Below are positions 28,563 through 57,861 of a stretch of DNA of 64,000 nt, piece by piece. The notes under the pieces were generated by a model that ran no database searches, was not told where the DNA came from, and saw only the letters and a program-made list of their open reading frames with translations. Numbering within the stretch: position 1 is the first letter of the stretch; each line of letters begins with the position of its first letter. The translations under genes were made by a program, and so were the position numbers. Source of the stretch: Owenia fusiformis. Lineage: Eukaryota. The DNA lies in assembly GCA_903813345.2 (NCBI GenBank), contig CAIIXF020000001.1:16678001-16742000 (forward strand), written 5' to 3'.

Positions 28563-28768
28563 CAGTGATCTCCCCAGCATTAAAGCAAGTGGACGCAGCA
28601 CCCACCTGAGATTTTGAAAATAGGCTCGCACCCACCTGAAAATCCATTTGCACCCACTTGAAAATGAGAAAAGTCATGAAAAATTGGCATATTTTGACCA
28701 ATTTTTATCTGAATTGTGATAATGAGAATTTTGCACCCACCTGAGAAAAAATCCTGGGGAGATCACTG
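28563..28768. mobile_element. 206-bp MITE with 5-bp TSD (hAT-like CAG ends)
   Basis: TTACA|CAGTGATCTCCCCAG ... CTGGGGAGATCACTG|TTACA; internal GCACCCACCTGA repeats; absent from the opposite Academ arm. Confidence 0.85.
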
Positions 28769-30347
28769 TTACATAATAGTGGATATATACATGTAGTGAG
28801 ATTTTTATGAGAAACATTGCTATTTTAAGCTGTTGCTAGGTCATTGCTAGGCAAATTTAAGCATTGTTTTAAGCCGTTGCTAGGAAGTTGTTAGGGAAAA
28901 TGGTCAGGCATAACTGCATCATTTATGCTTAAATACAATTTCTGTATGTTAAGAAATAATGTGGAAGGGATCCAAAAGCATACAAGTGAGCATATAATAG
29001 GAACATGGTGTGCAAATGTCAAAATGGGCATTGTAACCTGTTGCCATGTTGTTGCTATGCAACATGGTGATGTCACTTCTGTAAATATGTTTGAATTATT
29101 GTATTTTAGGATAAGAAGACTTTTTGTAACGGTCTTATAGCATCCTAGCATATATTAAGTGGATTTATATTGTAAAATGTGCTATTTTAGATGGTTGCTA
29201 TGTGGTTGCTAGGCAAATGTATGATTTCACAAAAGATCAAACCCCTCAGATTAGAGCTTATCTTAGGCTCCAACTTTGTGCCAAGTTTGGTTGCTCAACT
29301 TCCATTCTCCATTGGTGAATTAAAGTGAGATAAAGAGTTTGAAATTTGAATTTTCTGTTCACATTGTGTTAAAAAGCAGTAATAATGGGTATCCTCTGTA
29401 ATCTCAAATATTTTTCTAAAAAGGGCTTTAGAAAAAGGGCCCTGTCTCTAAAATGTCTTGAAATACATGGAACAATAAGAAAAAATTCCAAAACGAACTT
29501 TAGTATGAAAACGCAAGGTCCCTATGGGGGCCTTGCACCAATTGATTCCACTAACTCAAAACAATATGGTCATAAACCAATTTAAATAGAAATTATGAAT
29601 TCAAAAAATGGTACAATGCACACCTCCCTCCTCACGCAATTCTGGCTACGGGAAGCGAACTTCAACCCCATCTACGATTTCCAAGGTGGTTCTAACATTA
29701 AACTGAAACCTTTGAATCAAGATGCTCCACCCCTGCAGAAGGGTATCAAAACGATGACTCTGTCATATCTTGGAATAGAATAAAGATTTAGTGTTCCCAG
29801 GTCATAATAAGCATTTAAGGCTAGTGAGCAGTGGATCCATGGTTTTCAAGCAGCAACTTAATGGCTGAATGGTGCTGATTGAAGTTTGTGAAGTATATTT
29901 GGTTGTTATGTGTATATAATCAATAACGAAAGTGAAACTAAATTGGAAATCACATGGTGTAATTTAAGCCATGTGCTTTTGTTTACTAACATAAATCCGA
30001 CATGTTGATTGGTTCACCGTTTAAAGGATGCCGGAAGTAAGCGAAAAGCGCCATCTGTAAGGCGCGAAAGTGTTTGATAACCACAAGTGTGCTTGTGCAT
30101 GTGCTTTAATAATTTCAAGTTATTAGAGAATAATTTCACACAATCGTGCATCATATTTGGATTATTCTGGTACCGACTGTGCTCTACAAGCGTCAGGCGA
30201 ACGGATTTCAATGCACGTTCGTGAGTAGTTGAGAGGAATTCACACTTTGCGGTTGCAACTTCATCTCAACTTCGAACATTTCAATTTCATGTCAGAATCG
30301 TCTGTAGGCTTTAGAAGCAGTGCAGAAATCAATCTCAGATCTGGATG

Positions 30348-30686
30348 CTACAAACCCAGTGACTGGCTAAATAATTCAAAATGTAAGTATGTCAGAAGAT
30401 GTACACTTATTTTCACTTTGATTTCTTGTGGAAACTGGGATAACTCTAGTTCAACGTCGTTAAACTCAATAACGGCGTTCTTTATTATTAGGAATTTTTT
30501 GGGGCCGTTATCAATAACGGCGTTCTTTATTATTAGGAATTTTTTGGGGCCGTTATTGAGTTTAACCTCCTTACTATTCTTTCCTTTGATGCAAGTTCTG
30601 AATCCATCGAAACCATTTTTCCGCGATAACGTGCAACTGATACTTGACAATAATATAAAAACACATAACATCAAGCGATTTAACAC
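30348..30686 (-). pseudogene. Fragment of an unknown signal-peptide-bearing ORF family (homolog of 57862-58065 and 63356-63559)
   Basis: Hydrophobic N-terminus followed by GFD..TCIK.KNS.EVKLNNGPKKFLI.KNAVIEFNDVEL; exact 45-bp internal duplication; in-frame stops downstream. Confidence 0.45.
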
Positions 30687-31745
30687 AATATTTTTGTGTT
30701 AAATGTTCATTTATACGAGTAAAATGAGGCTACACTTACCAATCTCTAAAGTGACATTCCGCATGTCTGTCATTGTGTCTGTTCGTCTGAGTGTCCCGGA
30801 TCGTAAAATTAAACTACCAGCGAAACGAAATTGTTGTCAAATAGATTGATAATTATTATCGCGATTACTCGGGATAAAAAGATCAATTTTGAGGATAACA
30901 GGTATCTTTGATTAATTTATATAGCGCGTGTATACACGCAAAACAGTTATTAATTGCAAACCCACTGTTCGTTAATGCAGTGCCGTGATGACGGTTAATT
31001 CCTGAAATGATTTGCAATTTCGATGTTACCGAAACTGACCGACATTTTCGTCATTTCCAAACCTGTCTCCAATATTTTTGTAATTATGCATCAATAGGGT
31101 CTAAGGGGGATACGGGACGGGGTGTATGTGTTTATAAGGTATGTATGCATGTTTGAATCACATTCTTTGTGTAATATTGCCATGTTTTCAGGGTTTAATT
31201 TGTTCCGCTTGTCGAAACCTGCTGAACGATTAAATTAACGCATCAAAGGCAAAATGGTCATGGAGGTTAGACCTAGCCAGGCCATAACACATGTCAGATA
31301 AGAAACGAGGCCCGGGCTAGGTCTAATGTTGTTGGACTAGGATAACTCATGCATAAGCTTAGTCTATTTCTTACCTCAATCAGAAATGTTTATGTTACTT
31401 CCCTTGTAGAGGAATATGGTGTCTCCCATAATTGAAAATAACGATTTATTACGGGGCTCGTTACGGGCACCGTACAGTCAAGTATTGGGATCGAAAATTA
31501 CGGGCCTTGTAATTACAAGCCCTTACGAGGTTCGAAAATTACAAGCAATGACGAGACTCGTAATGAGTCCCGTACGAGGTTGTACAGCCAGGCCCCGTTG
31601 ACTCTTCGAGCTCCTTATGGGCTTGTATGAGGTCCAATGTAATTTGCCTGCGTACTCGGAAATAATTCGGTAGCCAGTTTGTCTAGATTAAATATGCAAC
31701 TCTATGATGTTTAATAGGTTTGCTGCTGTGAGTTCTCTACTTGGA

Positions 31746-48345
<16,600 letters not shown>

Positions 48346-49875
48346 AGCATGACCTTGTTTATTGTAGCTGGAGTCTACAATCCTATGTTATGAACAACAG
48401 ATTCGGTGTTTTTAAATTGCATTCAAATAAATAGATAATTGGGGACTAAATGTTTGATGCAGAACTAATTAGAAGTGTTTAATGAACATTTTCATCACTA
48501 TAATACTACATTTGTATAGTTTAATGAGCAGTAGTATAGCCATGACAACTACAGCCAATAGAGACCTTTTAACAAAAATATTGTATTTCACAAATCTTGA
48601 AATGGAAATGTCTTTCTTATTGCATAATGAATAGGACAATTTACAATATATTTGGGAAATGGTCCCTGACCTGTTCAACTTTTCCCATCAAGGCCAAAGA
48701 AATAGAAGTCAAATAAGACCTTTGATGATTGTTTGATTTAAAATTAGATCTAGTGATAGGGCATCTTTCATAACTTAATAAAGAAATCCTAAGACATAAT
48801 AATCCAATAAAAGTAAATTTGAAAATATTATATATAATATGCTTATAAGCCTACTTAATTTTACTTTAAATCTCAGGAATATAATTTGCAGATCACTAAG
48901 ACAGTCCAGACATTGATTGAGCCAAAAGTGTATTATTATATATTTTTTTATATACAGTAGTCAGTAGTTACTTTATTTTTATATTTCTATAGCCTATAGA
49001 CATGATAGATAGAACTGTATGTATTTGCTTATTTTAAAACAAAATACATTTTTTGGTGAAGAGAAGACCATTTGTACTTGCGTCTCATGGATCTTACTAA
49101 AATATTGCAGAATTTTTGTTATTTTGTGACAAAAAGTTCATGATTCATATTTGTTTTAAATTTCAAGATATGAGCACCAAAGATCAAAAGAAATTGAAGA
49201 TGTTATAATATTGTTGCATTCTGTCAGAGTTTAAAAGTTGTAGCCATACTGAATGTGATATACTGTATCAATTCAAATATAAGACACCTTAGTTGTACCA
49301 TATTTGTAATCTGTAAGGTTATATATGTTGAACTGATATTCAAAACAGTAGTTTATGAATAAAAAAAATAGTTTGTCATTTTATTATTTTATTTACAGAG
49401 AATTAAAGTGGAAAATATAGTGTATCAAAACTCTATCTGTACTTAGAGCTACTCTTGAGTCTTGAAATATGAGGGAGGGGCAATCCTGAACATTTGAACA
49501 TGTGTCAAGGGTAGAAGGGGGAGGGTTGAAAAATAGTGAAGGTGTAAGAGCGAAAGAAGGGGAGTAGAAAAGGAGTCAAGTATTCGGTATCATAGTAACA
49601 GTTTAGCATTCACATCACCATGTTTCGCTTTCATTTCCAAAATTCATCCCAATAGGACAAAAACTTCCCAAAAACAAACGGGGAATCTCTAACCTTTCAT
49701 ATGAGCCTATAAATGAAATTTGCCAAGTTAATGACTTGAGATTGGCATCTAAACCTGTGATCTCTTGAAATATTTAGTCCTAATTGTTGCTGTAATGACC
49801 CGAAGGTATTTCTGAGGAAACACAGAGTGCAGTGTGGTAAGCCACATTCAAGGGGTGAAAGAATGCTAAATGCAA

Positions 49876-49948
49876 TGCCCCGTGTGGAAATCAAACCTAG
49901 AACTCTTCAATCCAAAGCCTGATCGTCTACCAACTGAGCTATCAAAGC
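49876..49948 (-). pseudogene. tRNA-derived pseudogene or SINE head
   Basis: 73 nt with A-box TAGCTCAGTTGG and degenerate B-box GGTTTGATTTCC; acceptor and anticodon stems are poorly paired. Confidence 0.65.
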
Positions 49949-50800
49949 TTTGGCGAAGAAGCTGTGCTGTAGTACCATATCTAGTATCAACTTTCTATCC
50001 ATGGCATTTACAAGAATAGTTCAGATGTGATGACCAATTAACGTTTTGATTAATCTTGCGAATTGTCAAAACCTTTGCCAGAGCAATCAATAAGATATTT
50101 TAAGTTATACATATATGCAAAATACATCCAAATACATGTAGTTCTCAGGGTTTCCCAATAGGCATAACTTCATGTAATTCAGCTATAAACACATGTTGGA
50201 AGCTGAAACTTAAGATGTGACCACTGCAGTGATATATTGAAGGCCTACACCAAAATTGGAGTTTGACCTTGGAATGACATACAATTATTCCAGAATTGAC
50301 CTTCACACACATTGATAATATCTGAGACCATCATAAAATATGAACACCATAATTGTATATTTTACAGGAAGCCATATACATGTTTCTAAGTATTTGTGTT
50401 TAAAAGAAAACTGATTGGAATAACTATTTTCCTTTACCTAAACAAATAGTGACCGAAATTACCCGAGTCTCTAGCTTGCATAGAGATAGCTTTGGATCCA
50501 AGTCAACCTAAACAGTACGACTTAAACGATTCAACACCCGTGTATTACTACACAAAACGAAATCAATAATAAAGTTTCCCGGGAGTAAGATTTTCTACCT
50601 GGAAAAAACATTTTGGTACTATTTCTTTTTGCAATCTAGCAAGTTATACACATTGAATATTAAGAAAAAACAGTATTGAATGAAAAATTTGTACATTTAA
50701 AGAATTTTGTTTAGTTTATTGATAATCAAAACCTTCAAATCATGTAAATATTAGGATTCGAAAATGTGGTTCTCGCTGAATTGAAGGTCGACAATCGTAA

Positions 50801-50929
<129 letters not shown>

Positions 50930-51717
50930 TGAGCTGTTTTCGTAAAATGACCGGTTAAAACGTTAAATCACTTACATTAGGACTTTGAAATGATGCCAAG
51001 ATTTCAAGATGTTGATGATTTTCACGTTTCTTTACAATCAACATAGAAAATGGGTCAGTTGAGGTCAGTCAAAATGTCGATATCTGTATCAATAACCCAG
51101 ATGCGAGTAGAAATAATCTTGATTTACGTCATTAAAAATTCAAAATTCAGTCAAACTAATATCATATTTGAAATCTTCATGTAAAATTACATCTAGAAAT
51201 GTGGTTTTAAAAAGTGTTTATCAACTTTGAAAAATTAATTTTCTTTGAAAATGTGACTTCTAGCTCGGGGAGATTCCCCATAGACCCCATGCTATAAAAT
51301 CACAAAAAATGAAATATCTTTTATTTTAGTGGACAGATAATATTTTGCTTTACTGGACATATCTTCATTAGTATAAGTATCAGACGCATAAGGGTTATAT
51401 GAAAATTGAGCCACTTAAATTGATAACATTCAAGTTTAACCCTCTCTTTACGGGACCCCCTATTTTCGTTAAATATTTTACGATGGAAAGACCTCATTTC
51501 ATGATATTGATTGTCGGGCACAAAAGGGTTAACATCCGTCAACTATTTACAAAACTGAACAAAATATTCAGTTTTTCTTACCTGGACTAAGTTTTCAAGT
51601 GTTAATGCATTGGTATCGTGTAAATTTATGTTTTTGTTGGAGAACATTTTCAAACCGTTGAATTTTAAAAATGGCAGTTCTCGCGCGAAATCGCGCGTGA
51701 TCTCCATACAAGCAGAA

Positions 51718-54700
51718 ATGGCGTCTCAACGACCAGTGAGAGGCTCTGCAATACGGGCTCGTGAGCTCTTCCAGAGAGGGTTTGGGGAAGATGGGGACGA
51801 TGATGTTATGTCCGAAAATGAGGAGGATGGTATGGATGAAGATATGTTGGAAGATGATGAGTAAGTTGGGTAAAATTCGTGACTGAATAGAGATCGTAAT
51901 TTTTTTTAGTTTTTGAAAAATTAATTCTACGAATGATTATTTAATTATCGCCACTAAAATTGTTTCTTTTCATTTGAATGAACACCCCAGTAAATCTATG
52001 TGGTGTTTTAAATATAAAACATGCATCATGTCTTTCTATAAAGGCGCTTAGACACTAAAACCCATTGTAGTAACATACTTCCGTATTTGCCGAGTGGGCG
52101 ATAATAGAGTAGTCTAATTCGTAATATTTTCAATCATCATCTTTTTCCAGAAATACGCTGAATAATTGTGATTATTGCATTCTGTTATCGTTTCATATAG
52201 CTGGGGAATGAAGTTTCATGTAATGTTAAGTCTAGAATACACCTTCATGTTAATGATAACAGTCAAGAAATAGCTCAGTTTTCACTTTGATTTTCAACAG
52301 TGTATGAATACATGTAAGTCATGACCATGCTTATTTAGATCAATTTATTTTTCAATCATGAGATAGAAACAGAATGATAGTGCTCCCTATTAATTTTCAA
52401 CTCTTTTAGGTCAGATGATGGTGTAGATATTGGAGATCAGCAGCCCCAGCAACGGAGACATCGTGGAAGGAATCCCAATATACAAGTGCCTGTAGAAGTC
52501 GGTGCAGGAGATGCTCCAGCCCAGAATGGCCAGGTAATATATGGATATGATAACAATGATATTGAGCCTTTCAGGGTTCGATTCGCTCCAAGAAGACCAC
52601 CTGGTGTGCAGCTTGGAAGGCTGACAAGAAATGGAATATTACAATATGTTACCCCCCTTGCAATTTTCTCCCTCTTTTTCAACCAGGACATCCTCCAGAC
52701 CATTGTGGATAATACGAATACCTATGCTAGGCTTAATATTGCTAACCTTCCAACTTATGGCGACCAACAAGGAGAGTGGTTACCTACAACGGTTGATGAA
52801 ATAAGACAGTTTCTGGCCTGCCTCATATATATGGGCTTTGTAGACGTTGCCACAATTTCACGTTATTGGTCAACCCAAGCCCTGTACAATGGGCTTTGGG
52901 CAAGACGCTTCCTCAGTAGAGACAGATTTACATCTATTCTTGCCATGCTGCATATTTCTGATCCATTAAATGAGCCAGCATTAGCTGAGGATAAGCTCAG
53001 AAAAGTTCGAAACCTCATATCCCATGTACAGAATGTCTGCGTAGAGCTCTACCAGCCAGGAGAGAACATTTCCATCGACGAACGCATGGTAAAGTCAAAG
53101 CACAAGAGTGGGATAAGGCAATTTAACAAGGACAAGCCTTGTCGCTTTGGGTTTAAAGTCTTTGTTCTGGCAGAAAGTGACACAGGATTTACCTGTAGGT
53201 TTAAGGTTTATACTGGGAAAGCAAACACACCTATAGGGGACAATGGACTTGCCTATGATGCTGTAGTTAGTCTTATGGATGGACTCCTGAACCAAGGGTA
53301 TCGAGTGTTTTATGACAACTGGTATTCTAGTATCCCCTTGGCGGATTACCTTGCAGACAATGACACTGTGTGTTGTGGGACCATCCGTGACAATCGCCGT
53401 GGTATCCCGGAGGGGCTGAAACAGCAATGGCGAGGTGTCCAGAGAGGTAGCAATGTTGCTGTTCCCCATTCCACTGGTTATTTGTTGACTTTTTGTTTCC
53501 AAATTCATATTTTCTGTGTATTTGATGATTGCAATAATTCCTGTCTTCCTAATTTCTGTTACAATTTTTCTTAGCTTTTATTTAAATATAAAAGCAATTG
53601 TTCCACTTTGCCTTGAAATGCTGAACAATACAGGGACTTTTTTACATATCATCTTAAAATAGATGCCAGGAATTACAGTAATCATCTGATCATATGTTGT
53701 TTCAAATTAATTAATTCATATTTCTATTTAGTTTTCAGATACAACTATGAGACCCTACGACTGACACTAGGTTTCAGATTCATGTTAGCTAATTTTATTA
53801 AAATTAAACTAAGTTGTTATCTTATTTACTAAAAAAAATTCTAATTTTATTTATTCTTTTGTAGAAGCTGTTGACACAATTCTCCCTACTACTTAGATCA
53901 TTAAACATGTTAAATGTAAAAAATACATCACGCATTTCAGTGTGGATCATAAAAATCAATATATTTAATAAAACAGTATAAATAAAATTTATCAAATCAA
54001 TCAATAATTCATCAATATAATAACATACATGAAGTTCATAGAGTATTTGTAGTCAAAGGCCCTTTAACAATATACTGATAAAGCTGAATACTTTCTGATA
54101 TAAACTGAGATCTTCATATTTTTCAGGCAACATGAGGTATGTCAGGGAGGACAAAAAGCTTTTTGTTCAGTGGCGTGACAATAAGACAGTGACAGTACTT
54201 TCAACACTAGGGAATGCCTCTACTTCTGACCATGTGAAGTAAGTCTTGCCATTATATCCACCATGCAATATCACAAACTATATGTTGTATACAAGCTCTG
54301 AAAAAAGAATTTTGCATTTATCCTTTTAAGTATAGATGGCATCTATGCTATCCATGCTTGACTCACTTTGAAATGTGAAAGACACTGACAGTGACCATTG
54401 ACAATGTAAATTAATGTATTCGGTGAATTGAATAGTTTCCCATAAACTAACACCAGCTGTTGGTGGTGTATTTTGATTGAAATGATAAAAATCATGAGCA
54501 GGCAACATTTAGGAAACAAAAAGGAAAGCAACAAACAATAAAACAAACCATAGAATAGAAATCTATTAAAACTAAACTTGTAAACTAATTATTCTGATGT
54601 ATTATTTTTGCTTATAGTCGTACAGTGAAAGTCAATGGAGAGTGGCGCAGGCACATTGTCCGTCGGCCTAGTGTTGTCCGCATGTACAATGAAGGAATGG

Positions 54701-56008
54701 GTGGGGTCGACAAATCTGATCAGCTGATAGGATTGTAAGTACTATTTTCTCATGTTTTATTCTTTAAAGGCAGAATCTGATCTAAAGGGGTGACAAAATT
54801 ACAAGCAACATGTATAATTGACCTACCAATCTATTCCCTACAATATCAAATACAATATCTCCCAAAACATTCACAATATGTTATAAATTGGTGAAGTTAT
54901 TAATGATTCAAAGTGCAAAAATGAGTGAAAAATGTTTAAAATTCTCCCAAATAATAAGAATGGTGACCATTCTTATAGAAAAATAATACATTATGTAAAA
55001 ATCTTTAGTTTTCCTGGAATAAAGTATGCACTTTTGTGATTTTTAGAAAATAGATATGACAAGGAATGACATGAGCCAAAAATATTCTAAAATTGAAACA
55101 ATATTTTGTTTAGCCTGCTCGCTATATCTGATTCTCTCTTTAAGGTAACATGTTTAACATGTTTTACCCCTCAGAATTAAAGCTCCTGTTTTGTTCATGT
55201 GCTACTTATATATATCATCTTTAACATTTGGTTTTAGAAATCGGTGTAGTATCGATGGAGTATAAACTTAGGTTCAATTTGGTTTGCATATTTTCAGGTA
55301 CAACATCATAAGGAGAAGTCTGAAGTGGTGGAAAGTGTTTTTCTTCCATATGGTAGATACATCAGTGGTTAACTCATTCATTATATTCCAAGAGCTGCAG
55401 CATAAATTCCCAGATGTCCCTGAGCTTCAACGACCATCTTGTAAGTTTTCTCCATGTTAAATACATGTATTGATAAAACCTCTAAGCCTTTTAACAGTAT
55501 GATAGAAAATTTCTTTTATTAGATTTTGGGTCATTTGATTTAGTTTCATCTTACTATGAAGTGCGAAGGAAAGTCCATTTATAGTGTGTTTGGGTATCAG
55601 GTGTTTCTTCCCAGGTGGTTAGGCACACCAAAGTTGGTATTTTGATAGGTGTCTAGTAGGAAACTTAAATTTTTATTGCAGCAAACACCAATTATTTTTG
55701 TAATTGAAAGAAAATTTTATAACATTCCAGGCTACGGTCAGCTTGAGTTTAGAGAGGAGTTGGTGAGACAATTTGCCCATATAGAGCTGAATGAGGAGGT
55801 ACCAAGACCCCGTTGTCTAGCTCCTAGAGTTGACCCAAGTCCCCATTTGCCAGTCCACAGTGGCATGTCACGAAACTGTCGCCTGTGCTACGCAAATAAC
55901 AAAGTTGAAAGAAAATCCCAGTGGACGTGTAGCAATAGAAACTGTAGAGGCAACTTGTGCCTGAATTCAACTAGAAACTGTTTTTATAACTACCATATTA
56001 ATCATTAA
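51718..56008 (+). CDS. piggyBac DDD transposase (PGBD4-like), 6 exons, 609 aa, uninterrupted
   Basis: Exons 51718-51860, 52410-53446, 54127-54238, 54618-54734, 55298-55440, 55731-56008 (1830 nt, all GT-AG, phases match). Acidic N-terminus, SIDE, YDNWYSS, W.DNK.V, YN..MGGVDKSDQ, KWWK.FF, C-terminal Cys-rich domain. Confidence 0.93.
54768..55139. mobile_element. Kolobok-like MITE remnant inside transposase intron 4
   Basis: TTAA|AGGCAGAATCTGATCTA ... TATATCTGATTCTCTCT|TTAA (imperfect TIR). Confidence 0.55.
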
Positions 56009-56599
56009 TATAATATGTAAACATATGTTATCAGAAAGCCATGTTACCAGAGAACCTTTAGCTATTATTGTATGCATGATAAGGCAAACAAAATGTTCAT
56101 TTATTCATTCAATGTCTCTGTAAAACAATGTATGCACACTATATAGCGTATAGTGCATTCATGTATCTTATTGTTTCTCGTATCGTGACAATGTATCATG
56201 ATACACATCATATTGTGGCATACTGTATCATACTGTATCATGATAACACTAACTGACACTTACATAAAGCAACATACCCATAGAAACAGTTTTCTGTGAT
56301 CTTCTTGTTATGGCGTGAACACTGTTGATTACAATTTACATATTGTGGAGGTTATCAGTTATGTTGTTATCTATAGATTACAAACGGGAAAATATGTGAG
56401 ATTTTTTATCGATTTTTTAAGCTTTACCCCTAAATAGGCTTAAACAATCAGGACATTAACATTTACTTAAATTGCTAACAATTTTATATAAATGAGATAC
56501 ATATGTACATGTATTGTAGTTCATGTTCTAAAGTTTGATATGGTACCAATAAGACAACTGTCGATAAGAAATTGAGTAAATAACATTGTTATTTGTGAT

Positions 56600-57640
56600 G
56601 TAAAGATTTGGTAATTTTATCGATTTTTGAAGCTTCACCTGTAAATGACTGGTGATGACATCACCTAATTAGCATAATTTATGTATAGTCTATGTAAATA
56701 AGATGTTCTCATGTTCTTAGCTTTCATATGGTACCAAGACGGTTTATTAAATAATGAGGAAGTCAAGCCACACATTTATTTGTAACAAGTGATTACCTTT
56801 CATGGTCATTTTTGCTCCGAAATGCACAATCATCAGCTTTTGCGATATTTTGCATAAATTCAGTAATTTTCAAAAAGCTCCTTTATCATTGCTTTTTGGA
56901 GTTGTAATTCAGGAAATATATCATTGGAAAGCTTGGAACTCATAGAAAATAGATTAAAAGTATTGTAGATATTGAAGTAAGGTATTAGTCCAAGAAAAAT
57001 TTCATAGCACCATTGATCATGAGATTTTTGAGATTTTTTTGAGATTCTTACGAGATTTTCCTTTTTTCGTTGAATTGTGACATCATGATGACGTCATCTC
57101 ATTTACATAATTTATTCAATTATATGTAAATAGGATAGTGTATGCTTTTGGGTTTAATTTGATACCCCAATTGTAATGATTGCTTGGATAATATGGAAAT
57201 AACAGTATTTTATTTGTGATATTAGTTCTTATCTCTTATGGTCATTTTTGCTCCAGAATGCACATTATCAGATTTCGCGATAGATTACAATATTTCGTGT
57301 AAAACCAGAAATTTTCGAAAAGATCTCAATTCGTCATTTTTTGGAGTTGTAATTCAGGAAATATATCATCTGAAAGCTTGGAACCCCTAGAAAACAGATT
57401 TAAATTATTTTTGTGCTATTGTTGTAAGGTATTTTCAAGATAAATCTCATAGCACAATTGATCATGATATTTTGAAGATTTTTGTTTTTTTTGATGACCT
57501 ATGACGTCATGATGACGTCATCTAATTTGCATAATTGATTAAATTATATGTAAATTGGATAGTATATGCTCCAAGGTTTAATTTGATACCCCAATTGTAA
57601 TGATTGGATGGATACTTTGGAAATTACAGTATATTTCGTA
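56600..57640. repeat. piggyBac right-end subterminal direct repeats (~430-bp period)
   Basis: GATGAC(G/A)TCA motif followed by A(C/T)TT.CATAATT-like sequence at 56654, 57087 and 57511; 56800-57190 is similar to 57235-57610. Confidence 0.85.
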
Positions 57641-57861
57641 ATTTTGTGCACAATTATTGATAAAATGCCCAAAAACCCTCAGTAATGAAGGAGTTAAGGG
57701 AACTTTCTCATATACCTGCCATGTTAATTGACCCGAATCAGCCACCTGGTGGTGAAACTGGTAACTACCTACTCGCATTTGGGTAATTACAATAGTGAGA
57801 TTGTCTTAAAGTAGCATATTTGTATCTTTAGAATAACAACAACAGCCTTGATATCTAACGT

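Larger units (their letters stand above)
25556..29553. mobile_element. Academ-type DNA transposon derivative, palindromic
   Basis: ACT|TAGCGGAATCAATTGGTG ... CACCAATTGATTCCACTA|ACT (TAG..CTA ends, 3-bp TSD), with decayed transposase fragments in both arms. Confidence 0.8.
51440..57693 (+). mobile_element. Full-length piggyBac element, 6254 bp
   Basis: TTAA at 51436-51439 and 57694-57697; single TTAA empty site at 63188-63191 in the duplicate; imperfect termini CCCTCTCTTTACGG / (rc) CTCCTTCATTACTG. Confidence 0.96.
51096..57783. mobile_element. 430-bp MITE (TAA TSD) split by the piggyBac insertion
   Basis: TAA|CCCAGATGCGAGTAG at 51096 and CTACTCGCATTTGGG|TAA at 57783; intact version at 62848-63277. 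Confidence 0.85.

Noticed and set aside
48469-48678. 69-aa minus-strand ORF present twice
   Set aside because: Lies in the HELLS 3' UTR; its recurrence is explained by the duplication
49876-49948. Functional tRNA gene
   Set aside because: Mismatched stems and an altered T-loop
52486-53574. Truncated or pseudogenised 362-aa transposase as shown in the ORF track
   Set aside because: It is exon 2 read into an intron; the downstream exons restore a complete protein
51718-56008. Domesticated host PGBD gene
   Set aside because: TTAA duplication, precise empty site and insertion within a MITE indicate a mobile element
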